A stretch of DNA of 64,000 nt from Methanomicrobia archaeon (GTDB lineage: Archaea > Halobacteriota > Bog-38 > Methanoflorentales > Methanoflorentaceae), in assembly GCA_015661395.1 (NCBI GenBank), contig JACWML010000004.1, positions 4,910-68,909 on the forward strand, written 5' to 3'. Position 1 is the first letter of the stretch. Every line of letters starts with the position of its first letter. Shown piece by piece: positions 7,141-15,972 of the stretch. The notes below the pieces were generated by a model that was not told the origin of the DNA, made no database searches, and saw only the letters and a program-made list of their open reading frames with translations. Position numbers and translations under genes: made by a program.

Positions 7141-8957
7141 GCCAACACGAATCGAGAATCAAGAACCTCGAAGCTGACCGTACGAGCAACGCCACGAGTG
7201 AGACGGAGATTCCGCGTGATTCCGTGGCGTTCGCCAGGTTGTTGCATATAGAGCCCGATCCCTGGCAGTGTGACCTCCTCACCTCGAACGAGCCGCGCGT
7301 TATCCTCAACTGCGGACGTCAGACGGGCAAATCGACGATCGTCGCTATCCTCGCGCTTCACCACGCGCTCACTAATCGCAACGCGGTAGTGCTCATCCTC
7401 GCGAAGTCGCAGCGGCAGTCAGAGGAGCTCTTGCGAAAGGTCGTTACCTTCTTTCACCAGCTTGGAGAGCCTGGTGGCAGCCGAGGCGAATCCGCCACTG
7501 CGCTCGAACTCAACAACGGCAGCCGGGTCTTAGCCCTGCCCGGCTCAGAAGAGACGACTCGGGGATACAGCGCGTCGCTGCTCCTTATTGACGAGGCCGC
7601 GCAGGTTTCCGATGCGCTATATCATTCGTCCACGCCCATGCTTGCGGCTTCAAACGGGCGGCTGATCCTTCTGAGCACGCCGCGCGGCAAGCAGGGCGTA
7701 TTCTACCGCACGTGGAACGAGGGCCAAGGGTGGAAGAAGATTACCGTGCCTGCTGAAGGGTGCCCCCGCATCACAAAGGAGTTTCTCGACGACGAACGGC
7801 GCACCATGGGCGAGTCGTGGTTCCGCCAGGAGTACTGCTGTGAGTTTACGCAGGAGCAGGGGGCGATCTTCAATGAAGCCTGGGTGCAGCTCTACGTTCC
7901 GGGGCAGCTTCCACCGATGGACGTGGTCATCCAGTCGTGGGACACCGCCCTTAAAGCGTCGGCGACGTCAGATTATGTCGTAGTGCAGGTGTGGGGCCGC
8001 TCAGGCGACGATTATTACCTCCTCGACCAGGTGCGCCGTAAAATGGACTTTGACCAAACAGTGGAGGCGATCAGACGTATGTCAGAGCTGTGGCCCCAAA
8101 CAACGGCGATCCTCGTGGAATCTCAGACGCTCGGGGACGCGATCGCGTCGCACGTTCAAGACGAGATCGAAGGCATCACCTCCGTTCCTGTGCGGGGGAA
8201 CAAGGAGCGCCGCGCCTGGAACTGTGTTCCATTATGGAGGCTGAATCGCGTGTGGCTTCCTACTCCGGATGGCGATCAGTACAAATGGATACACGAGTAT
8301 TTGCAAGAGCTCCTGAACTTCCCTGACGCGGCGTACGACGACCAGGTGGACGCCACGACCTTGGCCCTCAACCACCTGCGGGGGAAACTGTTTCCGAGCG
8401 CACAGCAACACGTCGCTCGCGTGCGCACCCAACCCATCGCGGGCCGTTACTACAATCTCGCATGGGTTCCCGCGCACCTCGACCAACACGGGGCTGTCTT
8501 GGCGCTCGATATGAAAACCTATGACGTCGTATTCCTTGAGACGCTTCTTCCGAGTGCCGTTCGGCACCAGCTCGCCACGGTTGCAGCGATTTCGCGCTCC
8601 TATAACGACGCGGTCGTGTTCGCGGTTCGCGGCTACGACGAGGGGATGTTGCGCGCCCTCGACGATGGGGGAACGTGGGTTGAACGAGTTACGTTCACCG
8701 CGGATATGTGGCAAGCGGCCTATGAGAACCTGGACTTGCTCCTCCGCAACGGGAAGGTCCGCTATCCCGCGTATTCGCAACTTATGGCCGAACTCGACGC
8801 GTTTGCATTCTCGAACTCCAGGAGCGGCAAGCCCGAATATCCGCGGCACCCGACCGTACAGGCGCTCTGTTTACTGACGTACGACTTGAGCCCACGCCCT
8901 GATTTTCTAGACAATGTTTACTCCAATCATGATCTTGATGATCTTGGCTTGTTTTAG
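7137..8957 (+). CDS. terL: phage/virus-type terminase large subunit (ATPase plus RNase H-like nuclease) with a C-terminal extension of about 190 aa
   Basis: Walker A is NCGRQTGKST and Walker B is SLLLIDEAAQV. The nuclease domain reads VIQSWDTALKASATSDYVVVQVWG...YYLLD...ILVESQTLG...FPDAAYDDQVDATTLALNHL, typical of Terminase_6-type TerL. Confidence 0.8.
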   Translation: MSQHESRIKNLEADRTSNATSETEIPRDSVAFARLLHIEPDPWQCDLLTSNEPRVILNCGRQTGKSTIVAILALHHALTNRNAVVLILAKSQRQSEELLRKVVTFFHQLGEPGGSRGESATALELNNGSRVLALPGSEETTRGYSASLLLIDEAAQVSDALYHSSTPMLAASNGRLILLSTPRGKQGVFYRTWNEGQGWKKITVPAEGCPRITKEFLDDERRTMGESWFRQEYCCEFTQEQGAIFNEAWVQLYVPGQLPPMDVVIQSWDTALKASATSDYVVVQVWGRSGDDYYLLDQVRRKMDFDQTVEAIRRMSELWPQTTAILVESQTLGDAIASHVQDEIEGITSVPVRGNKERRAWNCVPLWRLNRVWLPTPDGDQYKWIHEYLQELLNFPDAAYDDQVDATTLALNHLRGKLFPSAQQHVARVRTQPIAGRYYNLAWVPAHLDQHGAVLALDMKTYDVVFLETLLPSAVRHQLATVAAISRSYNDAVVFAVRGYDEGMLRALDDGGTWVERVTFTADMWQAAYENLDLLLRNGKVRYPAYSQLMAELDAFAFSNSRSGKPEYPRHPTVQALCLLTYDLSPRPDFLDNVYSNHDLDDLGLF

Positions 8958-9273
8958 TAAGCTCAAAGTCCTCACAGGCTCTCAGAAATCTGGCACGCAC
9001 ACCGGCCCGGTGCTGTGCAAAAGCACAGACCCGTTTCAACGAGTCCTCCGCAGTCGCATTGAGCTGTCACGCGCAGAGCACGCTTGCGTTGCCGAACGCA
9101 TGCTCGCGCCCACATCGGGTTACAAGCGCTCAAAAAGAATACGTGGTCGACCTGAGCCTGACAGCTCACGATGTGGGTGTCTCTTATAACTAAGAAGTCG
9201 GAGAGCCTCCCTCGCGCTACACAGGGACTCGTTGAAATGACGACAACGTTCTAATCAATGGCACTGAAAACAG

Positions 9274-9320
9274 TGGGCTCGGCCGGATTCGAACCGGCGA
9301 CCTCTGCCGTGCGAAGACGG
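9274..9320 (-). other. isolated tRNA 3' half (anticodon-loop region to discriminator) with no 5' half; att-site remnant candidate
   Basis: The minus strand reads ttcgcac-GGCAG-aggtc-GCCGG-TTCGAAT-CCGGC-CGAGCCC-A. The T-arm is perfect and the 3' acceptor strand is present. The matching 5' acceptor GGGCTCG and D-arm are absent from the adjacent 100 nt. Confidence 0.6.
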
Positions 9321-9324
9321 AGGA

Positions 9325-9369
9325 TTTGGTGCGTGGGGTGCGGTTTTGGTGCGGGTACGAGAGCGCACC
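9325..9369. repeat. cluster of GGTGCG repeats (3 direct, 1 inverted) next to the tRNA fragment
   Basis: GGTGCG occurs at 9328-9333, 9337-9342 and 9348-9353. TTTGGTGCG is repeated at 9325-9333 and 9345-9353, 20 nt apart. An inverted copy, gcgcacc, is at 9363-9369. Confidence 0.8.
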
Positions 9370-9445
9370 ATCAGTGATTCCGCAGACGCCGATAGATGCT
9401 TAGAAGTAATGTAAAGGCAATCAGCTAGCACGTTTAGAGATAACC

Positions 9446-10141
9446 ATGGTTAGTGCGAGGAAAGGGGAGCTTGTCGTGCAGCGACTCGAGTCGCTGTTCG
9501 GCAACGTCACCTTCGATGACGATTATTGGCGGGAACAAAACGAGCCGTTTTGGCTAATCGCAGAGACGATCCTGTCCCAAAATACCACCTCCGCGAATTC
9601 GAGGGCGGCCTTTCGGAGTCTTTTTTTATCATATCAAACCGTTGAGGCCGTTTCTTTGGCAGGCGTGCAAGACGTAGAGCGCGCAATCAAGCAGGCGGGG
9701 TTGTACGAGGCCAAGGCGAGAAGCATAAGCGCGGTGGCACGTGAGGTAATGGAGACCTACAACGGCGATACGTGGTCCTTCATCGGTGGCAGCTATCAGT
9801 CTGCGAGAGAACGGCTCCAGAACGTCACCGGCATTGGGCCGAAAACAGCAGATGTAGTCCTCGTTTTTGCCCGCGACTTTGACATCATCCCCGTCGACAC
9901 ACACGTGTTCAGAGTGTCGCGGCGCATCGGGCTGGCTCCGCTGAAAGGAGGTTATGATGCAGTTAAGATGGCTTTAGAAGACGAAATACCGCCTGGAAAA
10001 CGAAAGTTCGCCCATATCGCCCTGATCAGATTAGGCAGAGAAATATGCGTCGCGCGGGGGCCGCGGCACTGGAAGTGCCCGCTTACGGATTTGTGTGACT
10101 ACTACCAAGCGACGTCTTGCGACGCCAGTCACACTTGTTAA
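9446..10141 (+). CDS. nth: endonuclease III / HhH-GPD DNA glycosylase
   Basis: ILSQNTTSANS, a helix-hairpin-helix (GIGPKTADVVL) and a catalytic region (IPVDTHVFRVSRRIGL). A C-terminal Cys cluster (CVARGPRHWKCPLTDLC) fits a 4Fe-4S centre. Confidence 0.8.
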   Translation: MVSARKGELVVQRLESLFGNVTFDDDYWREQNEPFWLIAETILSQNTTSANSRAAFRSLFLSYQTVEAVSLAGVQDVERAIKQAGLYEAKARSISAVAREVMETYNGDTWSFIGGSYQSARERLQNVTGIGPKTADVVLVFARDFDIIPVDTHVFRVSRRIGLAPLKGGYDAVKMALEDEIPPGKRKFAHIALIRLGREICVARGPRHWKCPLTDLCDYYQATSCDASHTC

Positions 10142-10144
10142 GGT

Positions 10145-12049
10145 TTACAGAAATCGGACTGTTTCAAGATTCATTGGGCTTCTGGTTTCAATCTTGAATT
10201 TCTTGTATATGGTGCTCGCCAGATCGATGCATTTGTTTTCCTCGCCGTGGCTTGTGACGATCTTTTCCGGCCGGGGGTTTAGCCGCTTGACGTATTCAAT
10301 TAGCTGTTGTCGGTCTGAGTGCCCGGAGAATCCATCAACCGTCTCGACATTCATGTTCATTTGCATGGTGGCAGTTTTGCCGTTGTTTGACATCGGCAGC
10401 TCTTTCCACCCTTTCTGTATGCGCCGCCCGAGCGTCCCTTCTCCTTGATACCCTACAAAGACTAGGGTATTATTCGGCTGTGGCCCGAGCGCTTTCAGAT
10501 ATTCCATTACGGGGCCACTGTTGAGCATGCCTGAGGTGGCGAGAATTACACACGGTTCGCCCCGCACAATGTCGTCGCGCATGTTTTGCTCTACCTGCAC
10601 GAAACTGTCTGAGAGAAACGGATTCATGCCCTCGTGAAATATCATGTTTCTCAGGTCATTATTGAGGTACTCGGGATACGTCGTATGAATAGCAGTTGCC
10701 TCCCAGATCATGCCGTCGAGGTACACGGGTATCTCGTCAATTATCTTCTTGCGAATCCCCTCCTCGAGAACGATCATAACCTCTTGGCTTCGTCCCACCG
10801 CGAATGCCGGTATGAGTACTTTGCCGCCCTTTGACAGCGTTTGGCGTATGATAGAGTACAGCTTGTTTTCAGCCTCTCGTCTCGACGGCGTTTGGTCGTG
10901 CGGTCCCCCATAGGTCGCCTCCATTATCAACGCCTCGAGCCTTGGAAAGCTATTAACTGCTGCGTCAAACAGCCTGGTTTGTTCGTACTTGAAGTCTCCA
11001 GTGAAAGCGACGTTGTAGAGCCCCTCTCCCACGTGAAAGTGGGCTATCGATGACCCGAGGATGTGTCCCGCATTGTGGAACGTCAGTCGCACGTCGGGGG
11101 CTATATCGGTAACTCCGCCATAGTTCAATGCAATCGAGTGTTTTATGACTTCCCGTATCTTAGCTGAATCGTAGGGGATCTTACGGCCTTCGCGGGCCGC
11201 CACATCAATGTAGTCGAGTTGCAGAAGCGACATGAGGTCACGCGTTGGCGGCGTGCAGTATATCGGGCCTTCATATCCGTACTTGAATAGGAGCGGGACC
11301 AGGCCTGCGTGATCGAGGTGTGCGTGCGTGACGACAACTGCGTCAATCTGGTCGAGGGGGCTCACTTCAGGCGCGTAAAGATAGGGCGTCGCACTATCCT
11401 CTGATCCTACGTTAACACCGCAGTCGACGAGTATCCTCGATTCAGGCGTCGAGAGCACAAAAGAGGTTCTACCGACTTCACGACATCCGCCGAGAGTAGT
11501 CGCCCGTATCCATTGGTCTTTTGAGGTGATCTCCCGGTGAATCTTTCGGCCCATCGCTTTCAGAAGCTCCTTACGCTCGTCGCTGAAAGAGCGCAAGTAC
11601 TGGCGTATCTCCTTCACAGTAACCGATTCGATCGGAGGGGTTCGTACCACTCGTGGCGTCCACCCTATCTGCTTTGTAATCTCTCGGAGTGTGGCGCCGT
11701 GCCTTCCGATTACAAGTCCCGGTTTTTTGGCCTCAATAACGATCTCACCGGTGTCTAAGTCAAAATAGTGGTTTGTAATACCCGCCTCTTCGGGCACGAT
11801 ATCGCTTATTTCTTCTATTGACTTCTCGGGGTCTGCCAGAACACGAGGATCTGGCCTTACTACTATGCGCTTACGCAGTTCTCGGGCGAGTTTCTTAACT
11901 ATCTCTCCGTTGTCTGCGAACGCGCGAGGATCGTTAGTGTAGATCACGACTTCGGGCCCTTCAAACTCAAGTTCGGTAATCTTGATGTTAGAAGGCAAGC
12001 GTTCTTTGACACGCTGTGTCAACTCAGTAAGAGCTTCTTCAACCGGCAT
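10145..12049 (-). CDS. fttA: archaeal beta-CASP ribonuclease aCPSF1 (transcription termination factor FttA)
   Basis: 634 aa with N-terminal KH domains, a metallo-beta-lactamase HxHxDH motif ([12 protein letters not shown]) and a beta-CASP region. The length and architecture are typical of aCPSF1. Confidence 0.9.
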   Translation of the reverse strand: MPVEEALTELTQRVKERLPSNIKITELEFEGPEVVIYTNDPRAFADNGEIVKKLARELRKRIVVRPDPRVLADPEKSIEEISDIVPEEAGITNHYFDLDTGEIVIEAKKPGLVIGRHGATLREITKQIGWTPRVVRTPPIESVTVKEIRQYLRSFSDERKELLKAMGRKIHREITSKDQWIRATTLGGCREVGRTSFVLSTPESRILVDCGVNVGSEDSATPYLYAPEVSPLDQIDAVVVTHAHLDHAGLVPLLFKYGYEGPIYCTPPTRDLMSLLQLDYIDVAAREGRKIPYDSAKIREVIKHSIALNYGGVTDIAPDVRLTFHNAGHILGSSIAHFHVGEGLYNVAFTGDFKYEQTRLFDAAVNSFPRLEALIMEATYGGPHDQTPSRREAENKLYSIIRQTLSKGGKVLIPAFAVGRSQEVMIVLEEGIRKKIIDEIPVYLDGMIWEATAIHTTYPEYLNNDLRNMIFHEGMNPFLSDSFVQVEQNMRDDIVRGEPCVILATSGMLNSGPVMEYLKALGPQPNNTLVFVGYQGEGTLGRRIQKGWKELPMSNNGKTATMQMNMNVETVDGFSGHSDRQQLIEYVKRLNPRPEKIVTSHGEENKCIDLASTIYKKFKIETRSPMNLETVRFL

Positions 12050-12060
12050 TGTGCGACTTC

Positions 12061-12080
12061 CACAAAAACAAAAAAAATAC
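12061..12080 (-). terminator. oligo-T tract downstream of psmB
   Basis: The minus strand reads gtattttttttgtttttgtg, between the psmB stop (12111) and the aCPSF1 start (12049). Confidence 0.4.
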
Positions 12081-12110
12081 GAGAATAAAAGTTGGCAAGA
12101 AATAGATTGT

Positions 12111-12746
12111 TTAGATTGCTAGAGCGGCTTTTCTTTTGTCTATCTCATCCTTGTTTACTTCGACATATCCCTTTGCAGTGATCTGCACGATCCGCATGCC
12201 GTTGCCTGAGGCCGAATCTCTCTTCATTGCGGACGAAAGCGCTCTAATAGCGAGGTCTACCCCCTCGTCGACGGAGATTTTTTCGCTGTATCGATCTTCT
12301 ATGACGCCAAAAGCTATTGGGGATCCTGATCCTTGCGCTGAAGCCAAGCGCTCTTCAATTTGACCTCCTACGGCGTCCAAAGAATACAGCGACGAGGCGT
12401 TCTTATCGAAGCCGCCTATCATAAGCTGCACAAAATACGGGTAGTAACGGTTGCTGTTCAGAATGTTTGACAACAAAGTTGATATTGCTCCGACGGTCAT
12501 CGGTTTGCCCTGTCTCATTTTATATAGTTTAGCCTCTACGGTTATGGTGCGCACAAGGCTCTGCGCATCGCCTACGCCGCCAGCGATCGTCATACCGACG
12601 AGATCATCAATCTGATAAATCTTCTTGCCTTCTTTGCTGGATATGAAGTTGCCCATAGTCACGCGGCTTTCTGATGCGAGCACAACACCGTCGTTACAGA
12701 CTATACCTATAGTAGTCGTGCCTTTATAGTGGTCGACATTAGTCAT
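12111..12746 (-). CDS. psmB: proteasome subunit beta
   Basis: A propeptide is followed by [19 protein letters not shown] (catalytic Thr motif). 211 aa. Confidence 0.92.
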   Translation of the reverse strand: MTNVDHYKGTTTIGIVCNDGVVLASESRVTMGNFISSKEGKKIYQIDDLVGMTIAGGVGDAQSLVRTITVEAKLYKMRQGKPMTVGAISTLLSNILNSNRYYPYFVQLMIGGFDKNASSLYSLDAVGGQIEERLASAQGSGSPIAFGVIEDRYSEKISVDEGVDLAIRALSSAMKRDSASGNGMRIVQITAKGYVEVNKDEIDKRKAALAI

Positions 12747-12888
12747 TTTATGTCCTCAGCAAATAGTAAACAAAAACCAGTAAACACTCTCTAATTCTTT
12801 ACGTTTCTATTTAAACCTATCTATATGCTGGTAATCGGCAAAGATTCGCAGAATTGCACTAAATCCAAATTGCAACGCTCGATTGGTG

Positions 12889-13311
12889 CTATTCAAAATC
12901 AACTTCTACAATTATAGTTATGTTCTCAGACTTTTTCAACTTTTCGACAAAGCCGCGATCGAGATCCGCTGCTGCCTTGTCTGCACCGATCATAAGCGTG
13001 CGGCCTGAGGTGAACCCACTCGTTCTGACAACCATATCATTCGCATCGGAGTGCGCTAAATCAGCGCTTCCGAAACCTGTGATAACTTCGCTCGCGTGTC
13101 CCGTGTGCATCCTAAAGCGGACTTTCGCGGCGTTGGTCTTCAAGGCAGCTTTGACTTCGCTGGTCAGATCGTTTAAAGCTTTATCGGCTAACACTGCGAC
13201 AACGCAATCTGCCCGTTTTGAGATATGGGCGTCTTTGGTGATTTGAAGCGTCGTTTTGTGTCTCGCTGTAATATTGCAATGGCCTTTGGCTCGGATCGTG
13301 TCCCTTATCAT
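12889..13311 (-). CDS. DUF371 domain protein
   Basis: IRAKGHCNITARHKTTLQITKD...RADCVVAV matches the DUF371 pattern I recall. The start was moved to the internal ATG at 13311, which gives a typical length of about 140 aa. Confidence 0.6.
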   Translation of the reverse strand: MIRDTIRAKGHCNITARHKTTLQITKDAHISKRADCVVAVLADKALNDLTSEVKAALKTNAAKVRFRMHTGHASEVITGFGSADLAHSDANDMVVRTSGFTSGRTLMIGADKAAADLDRGFVEKLKKSENITIIVEVDFE

Positions 13312-13360
13312 CCTATATTCTATATTTATACTCCTCTGTGCAAGTACTGGTTGATGCGTA

Positions 13361-13999
13361 ATGAATCGAGAGATCAACCTTGAGTGTTACTCGTGCTCGC
13401 CAGATAAAAAAGTGCTGCACGAAGTCCTGCACAGCGGTAAGAAACTCGTGGTTCGCTGCACAAGCTGTCACGTAACGCATCAGGCTGAACCAGCGGATCG
13501 TACCCCGATGGTGAAACTCAAGGTCGTCGTGAGCGATTACGATCACTCATACGTGCGATGGTTTGAGGTAGGGGTGGGTGAGCGATTGCGCGTCCGAGAC
13601 GAGATGATCGTGGAAAATGGCTCGATTGACGCCGTGCGGATCACCGCTATCGAACTTAGTGACGGAGTGCGGGCAACCGAAGCTGGAGCCGAGACGATTA
13701 GGGTGGTTTGGGCGCAAAAGATCGATAAGCTAGTCGTTAAGATAGCAGTTCACACAGGCAATATCACACGATCGTATAAAGTGCCGTTTGACGGCGAAAA
13801 GGAATTTGTCGTTGGGCACGAAGAACAGCATGGAAAGATTGCCCGGGTTAAGGTCAGGCGGGGCCCCGTTCTTGAACGCGCAGGGCAAAGCGCAAAGGCA
13901 AAAGACGTTGCGAGAGTCTATGTCACAAGCCCCGTGAGGAGAAATGAACGATCCAGGTCAACCTACCGCGGGCCTCGCAAGTCGGCGATTAGACGGTAA
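13361..13999 (+). CDS. conserved archaeal zinc-ribbon protein (212 aa)
   Basis: N-terminal CxxC...CxxC (CYSCSP...CTSCHV) and a basic C-terminal tail. It lies immediately upstream of pcm. Exact family not recognised. Confidence 0.55.
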   Translation: MNREINLECYSCSPDKKVLHEVLHSGKKLVVRCTSCHVTHQAEPADRTPMVKLKVVVSDYDHSYVRWFEVGVGERLRVRDEMIVENGSIDAVRITAIELSDGVRATEAGAETIRVVWAQKIDKLVVKIAVHTGNITRSYKVPFDGEKEFVVGHEEQHGKIARVKVRRGPVLERAGQSAKAKDVARVYVTSPVRRNERSRSTYRGPRKSAIRR

Positions 14000-14006
14000 A
14001 CAAACG

Positions 14007-14666
14007 ATGTCCTTGGAGCCGGAACGAATATCACTGCTGCAGAGCTTAAAGCGCCGGGGTATAAGTGAGCGAGTACTGAGCGCGATGAACACGGTAAAGC
14101 GCGAAGATTATGTCCCTGACAAATGGCACGATTACGCGTACCACGATGAGCCGCTGCCAATTGGAAACGGACAGACGATTTCTGCCCCTCATATGGTTGC
14201 TATAATGTGTGACCTCCTTAGCGTTGAGCCGTCGTCAAACGTACTTGAGGTAGGAACCGGTTCGGGTTATCATGCTGCTGTGCTAGCGGAGCTTACGGGG
14301 GACGGAATTGTTTACACGATCGAGAGATTTGAGCGGTTAGCGCAGGAAGCTAGGAGACGCGTGCCTTCGAATGTGATCGTTACCACTGGCGACGGGTCTT
14401 TGGGGTTCGCTGAAAAAGCTCCGTTCGACAGGATTCTTGTGACTTGTTCGGCTCCTGACATTCCGCCTCCGTTGCTTGCACAGTTGAAAGGTGGAGGTCG
14501 AATGGTACTACCGTTGGGAAGGGGGCTCCAAGAACTATATTTAGTTTGCAAGAACCACGAGATAACAAAGGAGGCGCACGGGGCCGTCGCTTTCGTTTTG
14601 CTTGTCGGCAAATATGGGTTTAGTGAAGCGCGTGGCGGAGGGCGAGCGAATCGCTTCCGTTTCTAA
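14007..14666 (+). CDS. pcm: protein-L-isoaspartate O-methyltransferase
   Basis: GQTISAPHMVAIMCDLL and the SAM motif VLEVGTGSGYHAAVLAEL. The start was set at the ATG at 14007, just after the upstream stop at 13997-13999. Confidence 0.88.
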   Translation: MSLEPERISLLQSLKRRGISERVLSAMNTVKREDYVPDKWHDYAYHDEPLPIGNGQTISAPHMVAIMCDLLSVEPSSNVLEVGTGSGYHAAVLAELTGDGIVYTIERFERLAQEARRRVPSNVIVTTGDGSLGFAEKAPFDRILVTCSAPDIPPPLLAQLKGGGRMVLPLGRGLQELYLVCKNHEITKEAHGAVAFVLLVGKYGFSEARGGGRANRFRF

Positions 14667-14681
14667 GCCCACAGGCTGCCT

Positions 14682-15686
14682 TCACAGCCACTGGGTGAGT
14701 GACCTTTGATCTGCACCCTTTTGAGCGTTAGCGATCCTCTTTAAGGTGTTTTCGACCCTATCGCGCGAGAAATCGTGCTCGTCACAAAGGAAACTGAAAA
14801 GTTCTTGCTCTTTTGCCGGCGTCCACGCTAAATTATATTCGTCAGTGACGTCAGGGTCGAGGAAAAATTGTTTGATAGGGCCATAGTCAATGCTCGCTCC
14901 AAGATTATCCAGCGCTTCTGTAATGCCAAAGCGCTTAATCATTCTCAAGGCTTTTTTTGGTCCGATCCCTTTTACTCCTTTGTTGTAATCAGTGCCGACA
15001 AGGATGCCGACCTCAATGAGCTGCTCTCGAGTAATTTCCAAAGAGGAGAGAATGTCGTCGAGCTCGAATAATTCAGGACTGATACTCACGTAAACATTCT
15101 TGCCTGGCAGTTTGCGCCGTCCAGTTATCGTCAGGTTTCTGACTAGCCGAGGCGTGCCAAAAAGCAGTGCGTCTGCGTCTTGAGATCCGGTATATGAGAC
15201 GTCTCCTTTGATTGTCATATACGCCGCTTGTGCTTCTCCTTCGCTCGGAGCAAGGACTACCGGGATTCCTAGGTAACGTAGCAGGGCAACTGAGCTCTCA
15301 AGCACTTGATTATCAATTCGAGCCGACGCTTGTGCGTATTTAAAAGCGTCAACTCTTCCTTCTGCTCGAGCCTGCACCCATTCTTGCGTCGCACGCTCGC
15401 GCGTTTCCCTGCGCCTGATCACGGTGTCCTTTTTCATTTCTGGCGGTTCGCCGTCAAAAACGTAGACTGGCCTGACGCCTGCTTCTATGATGTTAGCGGT
15501 TCGATAAAACAGCCCGGAGAGGTGAGAAGTAACCCTCCCTGCACTATCCATTAAGGGCGTCCCGTCCCTCTGCCGAATGATGCTTAAGAACTGGTATATC
15601 GCATTGTACGCGTCAATGGCGACCGTGTCGATATGCTCAAGGTCTATCTTGCTCCGCGGAAGAAGATCTCCGATTGGAACCCCCAT
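14682..15686 (-). CDS. fen: flap endonuclease 1
   Basis: MGVPIGDLLP...AIDAYNAIYQFL and the XPG N and I domains (GEAQAAYM, DADALLFG). 334 aa. Confidence 0.92.
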   Translation of the reverse strand: MGVPIGDLLPRSKIDLEHIDTVAIDAYNAIYQFLSIIRQRDGTPLMDSAGRVTSHLSGLFYRTANIIEAGVRPVYVFDGEPPEMKKDTVIRRRETRERATQEWVQARAEGRVDAFKYAQASARIDNQVLESSVALLRYLGIPVVLAPSEGEAQAAYMTIKGDVSYTGSQDADALLFGTPRLVRNLTITGRRKLPGKNVYVSISPELFELDDILSSLEITREQLIEVGILVGTDYNKGVKGIGPKKALRMIKRFGITEALDNLGASIDYGPIKQFFLDPDVTDEYNLAWTPAKEQELFSFLCDEHDFSRDRVENTLKRIANAQKGADQRSLTQWL

Positions 15687-15972
15687 GTTATCAACTCAGA
15701 GCATTTATTGCTATGCGAAGAGCTACATTAAACCTACGCAAGGATAAACTTTGCCGGACCCGACTAGTGAAAGATGATGCATCACGTTAAGGAGCAATCT
15801 TCTCTATTTTGCGTTTATTAGTTTCCTCCTCGCACGGATCCTTTCATCGCGTTCTCAAGTTCTAAAACTGAGAGGCGCGGTGCGCGCAACTCTATATATC
15901 AGAAGCGCATACGGCCACGGTAGAAGTGGGGCCGGATTTTGCTGATTTTGTCGAACACGTTTGTAGCAGTCG

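Noticed and set aside
8232-8849. A 205-aa minus-strand ORF inside the terminase gene.
   Set aside because: It is antisense to an ORF with clear TerL motifs, and its Arg/Val/Gly-rich composition marks it as a shadow ORF.
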